Below are positions 46,081-59,389 of a DNA stretch of 64,000 nucleotides, piece after piece. The stretch is from positions 138,262,001 through 138,326,000 of the forward strand of contig CM059431.1 of NCBI GenBank assembly GCA_030390025.1, in the 5' to 3' direction. The translations under genes and the position numbers were made by a program. The notes under the pieces were generated by a model. The model did no database searches. It saw nothing but the letters and a program-made list of their open reading frames with translations, and was not told the origin of the DNA. This stretch comes from Squalus acanthias (Eukaryota). Numbering within the stretch: position 1 is the first letter of the stretch; each line of letters opens with the position of its first letter.

Positions 46081-47234
46081 TTTCTGTTACCCCGGGTGAA
46101 TATAATCATTTCCCGCTAATCAGAATATCTTAAAGTCTGCTAATGTGATACTGTATTGGTTTGTCTTTCTATTGTAGCAATGTTAACCTTTAGCCTCGTC
46201 CTGTTAAGCAGGGAAGTACTGGTCTGTTTAAAGTACCACTGGGCTATTGGGACAGGGCTGACCCTGCAGCAATGCTCAGTTTCATGATGACGTAATAAGC
46301 GATTTAATTAAACTTATGTCATTGCAAACAGATTCAGCAATTTCAGCGACCTTTCATCATTTGGAAACAGTTTGGGAAGAGAGTTAGCTCTGCAAAGGAA
46401 AACATCCGGGCATCCATCATCATTTTCAATTAGTACAAGAAATACAGAAACAGACAGTCTTACTGTTAAAGGTTTCACTTGGTGCAGTTGCAATTATATG
46501 GACCAAGAGTGAAATAATCGATCAGATAAATCAATTAAAATATATATGTGTGGAGTTTTACTTTAAATTTGATATCATTATATAATGCAGAATTGCGAGG
46601 ATTGTGAAGTACAGGGAGTGAGAAAAATGTATCTAAATTTATTCGATTTGGTAAAGGCCTAAGATACTGAGCTCAGGACTGTGACATGTTTGGGTCTCCA
46701 CAAGTGTGTGTGTAAGTACTATTGCATGTATTATGTGCTTAATAAACCTATGACACCTCACTCCAATGTTCCAGAGCATTATTGAAAAGCTTATGCTGAC
46801 AATAACCTTTGTACTTTAATTGTGAATGGGCTCTATTTATTAACTGTGATTAAGACTCCGCTTTACCCGTCACTCTTTAGCGTTCCCCTTGACCCAGACG
46901 TTCTCCAAAACCAAAATCCTCTTGGTTGCAGGGCCCCGTGGAGCCCGGGCTCTGCCAGTCCGGCTGGCATCCAGCTTCTGGGGAAAGTAGTGATTAGTTG
47001 CGGGCGGTTTTGTGTAAGAGCCACATTCTCATTTACCTGGATGCGGACAAACAGTAGTATTTAAGGCCCGAGTCAGGCAGCCGGCAGAGGTTTTAGTTCC
47101 ATCAGTCAGTCATGTTCTGCACCCAGCTATAATCCTGAGAAGGCGGCCTGCAGTCAACCACATCATCCAAACTCCGCAGGAAAAAGGAAAGCAAAGGCGT
47201 GAATAATTAACCATTACATTACCGTGTCACATTC

Positions 47235-47800
47235 AATCTGATGTGGTTGTGATTCCCCGTCCCCTGTTTCTAATTAACCAGTTGTTGTATTCCCTTGTGC
47301 TTCTCTATTTCTAATTGAACAATTACTGTGTTTCCATGACATTCCCGTCTCCTCTATTTCTAAATAAACAGTTACTGTCTCCCCAGTCCACTACTTTTAA
47401 ATAAACAGTTATTTAATGTGTTACCCCATGTCTCCTTTTATTCTATTTCTAATTAGACAGTTAGTTTATTCCCCTGAATGTCCTTGTCCTCTATTTCTAA
47501 TTGAACAGTTGCTGTCTTCCCCTGTCCCCTACTTCTAAATGAAGCGTTATTGTGTTCCGCTGGGCCCTATTTCTAATATCAGTTGCCGTATTCCACTGTC
47601 CTCTATTTCTAAATAAACCATTACTGTGTTCCCCTATATTATTTTATTATATGTCTAATTAACAGTTCGTTGGTTCCACTTAATGTTCCTGTTCTACATT
47701 TCTAATTAAACATTTACATTGTTCCCCTGAATTCCCCTTTATTCTATTTCTATTTATGCTTCACGTGTTCCGCTGAATTCCCCTGTCCTCTAGTTTTAAT
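47235..47800. repeat. Degenerate ~35-45-bp tandem repeat (CTCTATTTCTAATTGAACAGTTACTGT...)
   Basis: Motif ctatttctaa(t/a)taaacagtt recurs more than 10 times. Confidence 0.75.
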
Positions 47801-48112
47801 TCTAAAGATTAGCAGCAAGTCTGTTCCATAGATACAACGTCGCTCATTGAAATAACGGTTCCAGAAATTAGTTTTGAATTTACCCCCACCAATCTCAGGA
47901 CATGTCCTCTGGTTTTACAGTTCTGGACAAGGTGAAACAGCTCGTTAAGATCCACTTTACCTCGTGGATAAAGAGCAGTGTCTCGCACATATTCAGGTCC
48001 CGGATATTCCTGTGCCCTTTTTATGTTTGTCATAGGATTGTTAACATGAAAAGGGTAATGGAACTTCTGGTGCTGAGGCCAGCTACAATTCAACAGTTTC
48101 AGTGCTTTACAC

Positions 48113-50060
48113 GGGGCCGGATTTTGCGGACCTACGGGTGGGTACGACGTGCGCACGAGTCCGTAGGGGCCACGCAAGTTCCGGGTTTAGGCATGCGAAG
48201 CGCATGCGCTAAAATTGGAAATTGCGATCTGGTGCAGATTTGCGCTATTTGTCCAACTACTGGCCAGCAGTTATTGACGAAACTGCAACGACAGAAAAAA
48301 AGCAGGCGGACAGCCGGCATTCTATCGAAAGAAGAAGCAGGAAGAAGACGTGGAAGTCAGGGGGCTGGAAACCGGACTGTTTTAGCTTTTAAAGTTAACA
48401 AAGTTCTTGGTACAAAGTCTGGTTTAAGTTTATAATAAATTTAATTTGTTAAATATTTCATTGGTTTTGGATTTAGTTCTGAGGAGTGTCGGTGATTAGA
48501 AGAGGAACTTTCGCTGTGGACAAGGTAAGCATTGCAATCAAATAGATTTCTTTTTTTAAACTTGAAAATGACTGTTTTAAAATGACTTTGTTCACATTTA
48601 CTCATGTTTAAAATTATGCCAAAATATATGAATGTTTTAAATGTTAAACTTTTTATGCTGTTTACAAGTTAATGTCTGACTTTGTAAAATGTTTTAAAAG
48701 TGTTAGACATTGTTCTCAGGCGGTGATATTGATCAGGCGGGTCTGACGAGCGGACGATCCGATACCGCCCGTTTCGCATCACCGCCCGACGTGAATTTCT
48801 AACCACTCACTTTATTAATATGACGTTTACAACTCTTTCCTTTTCTTCCCTACAGTTACTGCATCTATTTAAAGAGGACGCCTGTGAGGGAGAATCATGC
48901 CTCATGAGTAGTTTGCCCCAATCTTTTGTGTGATTCTGGCCCATACAATCGAAAACGCCATGGAACAACAAAGAAAACTGAGGAACCATGACCGCCACCT
49001 AATCAGGAGGAACTACTACCCACCAGAGAGGGTACAGGGAGAGGCTGTCTTTTCAGATGCTGTTGGAGGATTTGTGTGTGAGCAGGCTGCACTTTTGTAA
49101 AGAGACATTTGACCGACTATGTGACATGTTGAATGACAGCCTTCAAACACGGGCGGCGGGGAGTTTGCAGTATTCTCCTCTGAAAGCGGCAAGGATTGTG
49201 GTGGCCTTTTGTGCTTTGCATAACTTTGCCCTCTGGGAAGGACTGACCCTTAACCCTGCAGAGGAGCTCCCAGCTAAAATGGAGGACATGGAGGATGCCA
49301 ATATCTTTGTGGCCAGGCCTGATGGGGAGGAGCCAAGTGCTGCCGAAACCAAAGCTGCCATGGAACTGCTAGTAGCCAACACCTTCACGAGGTGATGATA
49401 GAGTCGCCTCCTACCTCCCCCTCCCCCAGCAAGGCACAGAAAAGAACAGACACAATTTAAAGTGAAACATTGAACGTTTATTGCTCCATTAAAGACTTTT
49501 GTTATACTGTTTTGATGTTCCTCGTCTTTAAATACAAATTGTTAGCTAGCTATGTTCTACTTTGTAAACATTTGCAAAGATAAATTGGTTGATAAATAAT
49601 GTAAACCTTTTAATGTGACTTTTTGGGTTTCTTAGTGCAATAAAGACTTTACATTCAAGATGAAATCTAGCTATTTTCTAATTTTTTAAACAGTTGTAAT
49701 GTTCAATTGACTGTTAATAAAACAAAGTTGAAAAAATAAATAAAGTTACTGGAGGCTTTACATATAAAACGAAATGGTTAAATACACTATGAGTCACAAT
49801 TATAAATTTCACGAAATAATACAACGCCAGCATTTAAGTAACAGCAAACATTGAAAAATTGACAGATATCCCCTCGCATCTGTGCCTGAGGATCGAAGAG
49901 GTGAATTTTGCTAAAGGTGGCACCGTACTGTCTCCTGCGCTTTCCCCCTCCCCGTGACTGGAGCCCTCTCAGGCCAAGTGAAAGGCCCCTGTGGACAATC
50001 TCTAGCCTTTAAGCAACTGGCACGTGACAGGGTTACTGCTGCTGCTGCTGAAAGGCAACA
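48113..50060 (+). mobile_element. Internally deleted Harbinger DNA transposon (right end unresolved)
   Basis: Left end GGGGCCGGATTTTGCGG; HARBI1-like remnants YRERLSF...CVSRLHFCKETFDRLCDML joined to GSLQYSPLKAARIVVAFCALHNFAL. Confidence 0.7.
48960..49395 (+). pseudogene. Harbinger transposase remnant lacking the DDE core
   Basis: N-terminal and C-terminal HARBI1 motifs fused in frame at ~49150. Confidence 0.75.
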
Positions 50061-50069
50061 TATACATGC

Positions 50070-50870
50070 AGATTAAAACTACCTCTACACCGTCCCATCA
50101 AACACTCCCAGGTCAGATACAGCATGGGTTACATACAGTGTAAAGTATATTTAAACTGCCGATAAAATACTCCCGCGACAGGTCCAGCACGGGTCACATA
50201 CAGAGTAAATCTCCTCGACACTATCCCATCAAAGATTCCCACAATCGGTCCAGCACGGGGTAGATATAGAGTGAAGCTCCCTCCACACTATCCCATCAAA
50301 GTCTCCAAGGTCAGGAATAGCATGGGTTACATACAGAGTAAAGCTCCTAGCACATTTTCCCATCAAAGACTTCCACGACAGGTCCAGCACGGGGTAGATA
50401 TAGAGTAAAGCTCCCTCCACACTATCCCATCAAAGATTCCCACGTCAGGAATAGCATGGGTTACATACAGAGTAAAGCTCCCTCCACACTATCCCATCAA
50501 AGATTCCCACGTCAGGAATAGCATGGGTTACATACAGAGTAAAGCTCCCTCAATACTATCCCATCAAAAACTCCAAGGTAAGGTACAGCACGGGTCGCAT
50601 ACAGAAAGCTCCCTCGACACTGTTCCATCAAACACTCACAGGGCAGGTAGGCAGGAGTTGGATACATTGTAAATCTCACTGTATTATCGTTCATCAAGCA
50701 CAGTGAACTCAGATACAGCATGAGGTCAAAGCAGCGTAAAGTTCCTCTTAAATTACCCAATGAAGCTCACCATCTCACGTACAGCATTGTATTAATACAG
50801 CCCGGAAATCCCTGTACATGTAAGCATCACGCACTCCCAGGTGAGGTATGGGCGTGCTTTACATACCAGT
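50070..50870. repeat. 67-bp tandem repeat (GTAAAGCTCCCTCCACACTATCCCATCAAA...TACAGA), ~11 units
   Basis: gtaaagctcc at 50405, 50472 and 50539. Confidence 0.9.
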
Positions 50871-51204
50871 GAATCCAGTCAAATTATCGCATCAAATACC
50901 GAGCATTTTGCCAAAAATTAAACGGTGCCCTTTAGCTTGATAGAATCTCACCTTGAAAAAATCCTGTACTGATGGGATTCTCAGCCTTTCCAATCATTGA
51001 TGAAGCTTCCTGGTTTATGCCGTCTTGTCCAATGTGAGTGTTGGTCACACCAGGTCTGTTCTGTGAAACCAGAGACGTTTCTCTAGTCCCAGTGAGTTCA
51101 TAAAATCAGCGTCAGTTCTTTATATTATCGGCCCGCACCACAGAAAACACTCCTGACCCCGCAAAAGTGGCAGGAAATTCCCCTTAGAGAGACCACATTG
51201 GCAC

Positions 51205-52129
51205 GGATGTGGGGATTAAATCCCTGTTGCACTGGGAGTCTCTCTGAGTCTGTTGCTGAGGCCCATGTGCTGTCTTTGGCCGATACTACAATGGGGCTGG
51301 TGTGGGGACTGAAACTATGTTGTACTGGGAGTCTCTCTGAGTCTGTTGCTGAGGCCCATGTGCTGCCTTTGGCCGACACTAGAATGGGGCTGGTATAGGG
51401 AATGAAACCATGTTGTCCTGGGAGTCTCTGTGAGTCTATTGCTGAGGCCCATGTACTGCCTTTGGCCGATACTACAATGGGGCTGGTGTGGGGACTGAAA
51501 CCATGTTGTACTGGGAGTCTCTCTGAGTCTGTTGCTGAGGCCCATGTGCTGCCTTTGGCGGATACTACAATGGGGCTGGTGTGGGGAATGAAACCATGCT
51601 GTACTGGGAGTGTCTCGGAGTCTGTTGCTGAGGCCTATGTGCTGCCTTTGGCCGATACTACAATGGGGCTGCTGTGGGGAATGAAACCATGTTGTATTGG
51701 GAGTCTCTCTCAGTTTGTTGCTGAGGCCCATGTGCTGCCTTTGGCCGACACTACAATGAGTCTGGTGTGGGGAATGAAACCATGTTGTATTGGGAGTCTC
51801 TCTCAGTTTGTTGCTGAAGCCCATGTGCTGCCTTTGGCCGATACTACAATGGGGCTGGTGTGGGGAATGAAACCATGTTGTATTGGGAGTCTCTCTGAGT
51901 CTGTTGCTGCGGTCCATGTGCTGCCTTTGGCCGATACTATAATGGGTCTGGTGTGGGGAATGAAACCATGTTGCACTGGGAGTCTCTCTGAGTCTGTTAC
52001 TGAGGCCCATGTGCTGCCTTTGGCCGATACTACAATGGGGCTGGTGTGGGGAATGAAATCATGTTGTACTGGGAGTCTCTCTGAGTCTGTTTCTGAGGCC
52101 CATGTGCTCCCTTTGGCCGACACTACAAT
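51205..52129. repeat. 93-bp tandem repeat, ~10 units
   Basis: atggggctgg at 51291, 51384, 51477 and 51570; 31-aa periodicity in the ORF track. Confidence 0.95.
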
Positions 52130-52561
52130 GCCGTCCCAGCATAGTGTTAGAGTCTGAAAATGACACCCCGGGAGATGCTGGGTTGATTCAGATTCTTGCA
52201 GAATGACTGGAACCAAGTCAGAGGCGGCGGACCTGGGTGGAGCGACAGCGGCGAGGCAGCGGCTGTAAAAGAGGCGGCGACCAGGTAGGCTTACCAATCT
52301 GAGCCCCGAGAGCGGGAGAGAGAGAAGTAGAAAATAATCAAAGTGTGACGTCACCAGAAAGCAGGTAAGTGATTGGTTGGTGAGTATTTCTCTTTTTCTC
52401 CTGTGTTCCATACTTAAATTCTGTGGTTTATAGTTTCTAGAGTCTCTGTGGTGTAGCGGGGACTGCTGTTAAGCAAGGGTCCTTGAGTATATCATTTAAT
52501 TGAAGTGATATTGGTGGGATTCAATTAGTTTAATTTTAATTAATTAATTAAAGGGTAAGTC

Positions 52562-53512
52562 ATGGCAGCAGAGCTCGGCGCCGTGATATGCTCCTCCTGC
52601 AATATGTGGGAAATCAGGGACACTTCCTGTGTCCCTGACGACCATGTGTGTGGGAAATGTATCCAGCTGCAGCTACTGACGGACCGCATTGCGGCGCTGG
52701 AGCTGCGGATGGATGCATATTGGAGCATTCGTGACGCTGAGAACTTCGTGAATAACATGTTTAGCGAGTTGGTCACACCGCAGGTAAAAGGTGTACAGGC
52801 AGGAAGTGAATGGGTGACCACCAGGCAGAGTAAGAGGTGGAGGCAGGTAGTGCAGGGGTCCCCTGTGGGCATCCCCCTCTCAAACAGATATACCACTTTG
52901 GATGCTGTTGGGGGGGATGACTTATCAGGGGAAGGCGGCAGCAGCCAACTTCCTGGCACCATGGGTGGCTCTGCTGCACAGGCTGGGAGGAAAAAGTGTG
53001 GAAGAGCTATAGTGATAGGGGATTCAATTGTAAGGGGAATAGATAGGCGTTTCTGCAGCCGCAATCGAGACTCCAGGATGGTGTGTTGCCTCCCTGGTAC
53101 AAGGGTCAAGGACGTCTCGGAGCGGCTACAGAACACTTTGGAGGGGGAGGGTGAACAGCCAGTTGTCGTGGTGCACATAGGCATCAACGATATAGGTAAA
53201 AAACGGGATGAGGTCCTAAAAGCAGAATATAGGGAGTTAGGAGGTAAATTAAAAAAGAGGACCTCAAAGGTAGTAATCTCAGGATTGCTACCAGTGCCAC
53301 GTGCTAGACAGAGTAGAAATATGAGGATATTTCAAATGAATACGTGGCTAGAAGAATGGTGCAAGGGGGAGGGATTCAAATTCCTTGGACATTGGAACCG
53401 GTTCTGGGGGAGGTGGGACCAGTACAAACGGGACGGTCTGCACCTGGGCAGGGCCGGGACCGATGTCCTAGGGGGAGTGTTTGCTAGTGCTGTTGGGGAG
53501 GGTTTAAACTAA
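52562..53512 (+). CDS. CR1 ORF1p (zinc finger + SGNH esterase-like), 316 aa
   Basis: CSSC...[25 protein letters not shown]. Confidence 0.9.
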   Translation: MAAELGAVICSSCNMWEIRDTSCVPDDHVCGKCIQLQLLTDRIAALELRMDAYWSIRDAENFVNNMFSELVTPQVKGVQAGSEWVTTRQSKRWRQVVQGSPVGIPLSNRYTTLDAVGGDDLSGEGGSSQLPGTMGGSAAQAGRKKCGRAIVIGDSIVRGIDRRFCSRNRDSRMVCCLPGTRVKDVSERLQNTLEGEGEQPVVVVHIGINDIGKKRDEVLKAEYRELGGKLKKRTSKVVISGLLPVPRARQSRNMRIFQMNTWLEEWCKGEGFKFLGHWNRFWGRWDQYKRDGLHLGRAGTDVLGGVFASAVGEGLN

Positions 53513-53697
53513 AGTGGCAGGGGGTTGGGAACCTGAGCAGGGAGACAGAGGAAAGGGAAATAAGGATAAAAGCTAAAGACAGGAAGGAGAAAAACAAAAG
53601 TAGAAGGCAAAGAACTCAACGGTTTAAATAAAACATGGTCACAGTAAATAACAATTAATATAGGTCTGAGAGCGTTAAAAAAACAAGCCTGAAGGCT

Positions 53698-56497
53698 TTG
53701 TGTCTTAATGCAAGGAGCATTCGGAACAAGGTGGATGAATTAGCTGCGCAAATAGAGGTAAATGAATACGATTTGATTGGGATTACAGAAACATGGCTCC
53801 AGGGTGGCCAAGGCTGGGAACTGAACATCCAGGGTTATTCAATATTTAGGAAAGATAGGCAAAAAAGAAAGGGAGGTGGGGTAGCATTGCTGGTTAAAGA
53901 GGGGATTAACACAATTGAAAGGAAGGATATTAGCTCTGATGATGCGGAATCTGTATGGGTAGAACTGAGAAATAACAAGGGGCAGAAAACGTTAGTGGGA
54001 GTGGTATATAGACCTCCAAACAGTAATACGGAGGTTGGGGACGGCATTAAAAGGGAAATTAGAGAAGCATGCAGTAAGGGCACAGCAGTCATCATGGGTG
54101 ACTTTAATTTACATATAGATTGGGCTAACCAAATTAGTAAAAATACTGTGGAGGAGGAATTCCTAGAATGTTTACGAGATGGTTTTCTGGAACAATATGT
54201 CGAGGAACCAACCAGAGATCAGGCCATCTTAGACTTGGTATTATGCAACGAGAAAGGATTAATTAGCAATGTTGTTGTACGAGGCCCCTTGGGTCAGAGT
54301 GATCATAATATGATAGAATTCTTCATTAGGATGGAGAGTGAAGTAGTTGAATCAGAGACTAGGGTCCTGAATTTAAATAAAGGAAACTACGATGGTATGA
54401 GGCGCGAATTGGGTAGGATTGATTGGGGAATGTCACTCAAGGGGTTGACGGTGGATAGGCAATGGCAAACATTCAAAGACTGCATGGATGAACTACAGAA
54501 TTTGTACATCACAGTGTGGCATAAGAATAAAACAAAAAGGGTGACTCAACCGTAGCTACACAAGGGAAATTAGGGATAGCATAAGATCCAAGGAGAGGGC
54601 ATATAAATTGGCCAGAAAAAGCGGTAGCCCTGAGGATTGGGAGCAGTTTAGGATTCAACAAAGGAGGACAAAGGGATTAATTAAGAAGGGGAAAATAGAA
54701 TATGAAAGTAAGCTTGCTGGGAACATAAAAACTGACTGTAAGAGCTTTTATAGATATGTGAAGAGAAAAAGATTAGTGAAATCAAGTGTAGGTCCCTTGC
54801 AGTCAGAAGCGGGGGAAGTTATAATGGGGAACAAAGAAATGGCAGCCCAATTAAATGCATATTTTGGTTCTGTCTTCACAAAGGAGGACACAAATAACCT
54901 CCCAGAGATGTTGGAGAACATACGGTCTGATGAAAGGGAGGAACTGAAAGAAATCAGTATTTGCAGGGAAATGGTGTTAGGGAAATTGACGGTATTGAAG
55001 GCCGATAAATCCCCAGGGCCTGATAATCTACATCCTAGGGTACTTAAGGAAGTGGCCCTAGAAATAGTAGATGCATTGCTGATCAACTTCCATCATTCGA
55101 TGAAATCTGGAACTATACCCATGGATTGGAGGGTAGCTAATGTTACCCCACTATTCAAAAAGGGAAGTAGAGAGAAAGCGGGGAATTACAGACCGGTAAG
55201 CCTGACATCGGTAGTGGGGAAAATGGTAGCGTCCATTATAAAGGATGTAATAGCTGAGCATTTTAAAAACAGTGACAGGATAGGACAAAGTCAACATGGA
55301 TTTAGAAAAGGTAAATCGTGCTTGACTAATCTACTGGAATTTTTTGAGGATGTAACTGGGAAAATAGATAAGGGAGAACCAGCAGATGTGGTGTATTTGG
55401 ACTTTCAAAAGGCTTTCGATAAGGTCCCGCATATGAGATTAGCATGTAAAGTTAAGGCACATGGGATTGGGGGCAAGGTATTGAATTGGATAGAGAACTG
55501 GTTGGCGGACAGAAAGCAGAGTGTAGGAATTAATGGGTCTTTTTCCGAGTGGCAAGCAGTGACTAGTGGGGTACCGCAGGGATCGGTCCTTGGGCCCCAG
55601 CTATTCACAATATACATTAATGATCTAGATAAGGGAATTAAATGTAATATCTCCAAGTTTGCAGATGACACAAAGCTGGGTGGGAGTGTGTGCAGCGAGG
55701 AGGATAACGAGAAACTCCAGGATGATCTAGACAGGTTGGGTGAGTGGGCAGAAGCGTGGCAGATGCAATATAACGTGGATAAGTGCGAGGTTATCCACTT
55801 TGGTGTCAAAAACAGAAAGGCAGACTATTATCTGAATGGCAATAGATTGGGAGAAGGGGAAGTGCAACGAGACCTGGGTGTCCTTGTGCACCAGTCGCTG
55901 AAAGTAAGCATGCAGGTGCAGCAGGCGGTGAAGAAGGCAAATGGTATGTTGGCCTTCATAGCGAAAGGGTTTGAGTATAGGAACAGGGATGTCCTGCTGC
56001 AGTTATACAGGGCCTTGGTGAGACCACACCTTGAGTACTGTGTGCAGTTTTGGTCGCCTTATCTGAGGAAGGATGTTCTTGCCATGGAAGGAGTTCAGCG
56101 AAGATTAACAAGGCTGATACCTGGGATGGCAGGAATGACATATGAGGAGAGATTGGGTCGATTGGGCTTATACTCACTGGAGTATAGAAGAATGAGAGGG
56201 GATCTCATCGAAACATATAAAATTCTGACAGGTCTGGACAAACTAGATGCAGGAAGAATGTTCCCGATGGTCGGAGAGTCCAGAACCAGGGGTCATAATC
56301 TACGGATAAAGGGTAAACCATTTAGGACAGAAATGAGGAAGAATTTCTTCACCCAGAGAGTGGTGAACCTGTGGAATTCTCTACCACATGAGGTAGTTGA
56401 GGCGAAGTCATTAAATATATTCAAGGATGAGTTAGATATATTTCTTAAAGCTAAAGGTATCAAGGGATATGGGGAGAAGGCAGGTACAGGGTACTGA
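53698..56497 (+). pseudogene. CR1 ORF2 (APE + RT) broken by a stop/frameshift at ~54553-54565
   Basis: ITETW, GDFN, SDHN in 53698-54555; [21 protein letters not shown] in 54608-56497. Confidence 0.9.
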
Positions 56498-58103
56498 GTT
56501 TAGATGATCAGCCATGATCTCATCGAATGGCGGAGCAGGCTCGAGGGGCCGAATGGCCTACTCCTGCTCCTATCTTCTATGTTTCTATGTTAACTCAGAA
56601 AGTCCACCAGTGGGTGAAAGCCCTTTGCTCCGGGCTGTAAAAGCCAACATTCCCCTGTCGCAATCATTGGCCATGGCGGGAGCGGCTCGGCTTTGCTCAG
56701 AGTGGCCGGAGATCAGTGAATTCGGCGAAGAGGGTCTGAGACCCATTGATGCTGGGGCTGAATTTCCATCAATCGACACTGGACCTCAAGCTACCATTCA
56801 GCTGTGAACAGATTCCAAGAGCTGTGCCCATGGGTCGGGGATTTCTGGGACTAACCCTTTGTGTCCGGAATGGTCTGTCCGGAATGATTCCTCTCTTTAA
56901 AGAGCCGGGAAAGAATCCTTCAGTACCTTGCACTCCCTCCATGGTCTGTGGGATCTACAGCCCGATCCTCTGCTGGGATCCAGTGCGTCGTCTCACGGGA
57001 GCAGTCACAACCATCAAGGCCTTTCTCACAGTTTTACTCCTGAGCCCTCAGCCCCATGGGTTTAACTCTATGAACAGTAAGTTCAGGAATCTAATCCTTT
57101 TTAATCAGTGGTATTTCTCTATTTGGATTTCCAGCTCCTACTCACTCCCCTAGTTTACCGGGAGTTCACTGATCAGGTGTCCCTTCATTTCTTTGCGATG
57201 GTTGTTATCTTTACCATCCTGTGATCGCCTGGTCTGCAGCAGCGGTCGCGGTTTGTGGTTATAATGCTTTGTGTCACAGCTGAATATTAAGTTTGAATTC
57301 ATAACTTTCCAGTAATTGTTTGTAAATTCTATTGAATACAGCTGACATCGGATGCCGCTCCCAAGATCCCCCTCGTCAATTAAACCGATTAGATTAAATG
57401 TAAAATTCCATCGCTTGCTCCCTGGGGCCGCTGTAGTAACTCATCAAATTGGCTCGGTGCATCACATGGTCCCAGCCTCATGGTGGGATGGTTTCAGCGC
57501 TCCACACTGCAATGGAATGTGTGTTTCGATGTATGTAAGGGAATCCGCTTCTTTATTGTCTCTCGAATATGAACAAGTTACAGAACCATCCAAGGTTTCG
57601 CTTCAAGGGGCTTTTATCTGTAACTGTATCGTCCCTGCGAGGTACTCCGGTTTGACCTGGACCGCACAGTTAGATTGTGAATGGAGACTCAGTCTAGTGT
57701 CAGCGGCGATAGTGATTGAAATGACAATCGGAGAGATGTATGACGGACGGCTGATCCAATGTCGCCGGTTTTACATTATCTCACAAAGTTAATATCCTCC
57801 TATATCAGTGCCTGGGTTTCTGTGGTGGTGGGGATCGGTCTCCGTGTCCATTCCCGATACTGAATCCGAGCGACCCTCCTCCCCGCGCAGCCTTGATAAC
57901 GTCTGACTAAAGTATGCTGGAAGGATGGTCATTCTCAGTCCCTCTACAGTGAGTGTAGAATGATGCGTTTATTTTGAACAAAATGTCGACAACGCTCACC
58001 GATATAAAAAATAATAGGAACACATCTCAACATTTCCCCACAATAAGCTGTGAGATTTATCCGAGTGTCCCTGTTACTGACCTCTTGTCTCTCTTTCTCG
58101 CAG

Positions 58104-59004
58104 CGAACCTACTGACAATGGTGATTCTCTCCAGAGGAAACTGCGGCCTTTCCAAGTGTATCTCTGTCTCCATGGTGGCCATGGCAACAGCAGATCTACT
58201 GTTCATGATCCTCAATGTAATAGTGTATCACATTTGTACAATCACTTTCCACATTCCTTCCTGTCCTCCACTGCCGTTTGTAAGATCATTATTTACATCC
58301 ATTCTACCAGCCTGGATATGTCGGTGTGGTTTACAATCTTGTTCACCTTTGACCGATTTCTAGCCATGTGTTGTCAGAAATTTAAAACAAGTTATTGGAG
58401 AGTTAGAACTGCGGCTGTGGCCATAAAAACGGTCTCTGTCCTGATCTATTTACAAAGCATTCCAGATTTGATTGTCTATAAACCTGAACGAAACATTAAC
58501 AATATTCATTGGGGTTGTTACCCCGGACTGGACTATTTTTCATCACCTGCAGGTGTCGGGTTCTGCCGGTTACAAGTTATTTGAACGATGTGGATTCCTT
58601 TTGCTTTGATATTACTGTTTAATTGTTTGACAGACAGACGTATTTTTGAGGCCAGTATTGACCGCTGGGGCAAAAGGGGTCACAGCAGTGAGAATCAGAG
58701 CGATCCAGAGATGGAGAATAGAGGGAAATCCATCATTTTACTGTTCACTGTATCGGGCAGTTTTATAGTATTGAGGCTGACAGCTGTCGTAAGTTTTTTA
58801 ACTATCAGACTGAAAAACACTGCGCATTGCCGAGGCGATTATACATCTCCTGCCGACATCGCCACAGAAACCGGATATCTGCTCATGCATTTGAGTTCCT
58901 GCACAAACACGTGTATTTATGCAGCTACACAAACTAAATTCAGGGAAGAGCTGAGGAATGTGGTGAAATCTCCTTGGACATTGATTCTGATATTGGCTAA
59001 ATAA
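58104..59004 (+). pseudogene. GPR139-like GPCR pseudogene (exon 2 only; frameshift ~58237, TGA 58582-58584)
   Basis: ctcgcag|CG AAC ANLLTMVILSRG; FTFDRFLAMCC; TNTCIYAATQTKFREEL; paralogous to 44545-45452. No exon 1 seen upstream. Confidence 0.9.
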
Positions 59005-59252
59005 ATGTAACATTAAGCCAAGGCTTCCTGTCCTTGCTAAAGTTCAATTACAGCCCGTGTTCCATTTTGGAATGCCCGTCTTTCTGTTGGGGCGAAAGCC
59101 AATTGTTGTGAAAATGAACAGGAATCAGAAAACATTCCCTCCACTTTGTGCCGGGTGTTTGATGTCTGCTGTTTTCCCCGGGTGAACATAATCGATTCCC
59201 GCTAAAACAGCGCCCTTCCCGCTCAATATTCCAAGAAACTTCCTATAAATGC

Positions 59253-59368
59253 AAGTTGTTATTGTAGTGTAATTGATCAGAGATTGTTTGCTGAGCTCAG
59301 TCAATAACTCAAGTTGTTGTTGTAGTGTAATTGATCAGAGATTGTTTGCTGAGCTCAGTCAATAACTC
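59253..59368. repeat. 58-bp tandem duplication (2 copies)
   Basis: aagttgtt(a/g)ttgtagtgtaattgatcagagattgtttgctgagctcagtcaataactc x2. Confidence 0.85.
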
Positions 59369-59389
59369 CATTGTCAACAATAACAGGAT

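Larger units (their letters stand above)
52215..56589 (+). mobile_element. CR1 LINE, full length
   Basis: GC-rich 5' UTR, ORF1, ORF2, 3' tail cttctatgtttctatg. Confidence 0.95.
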
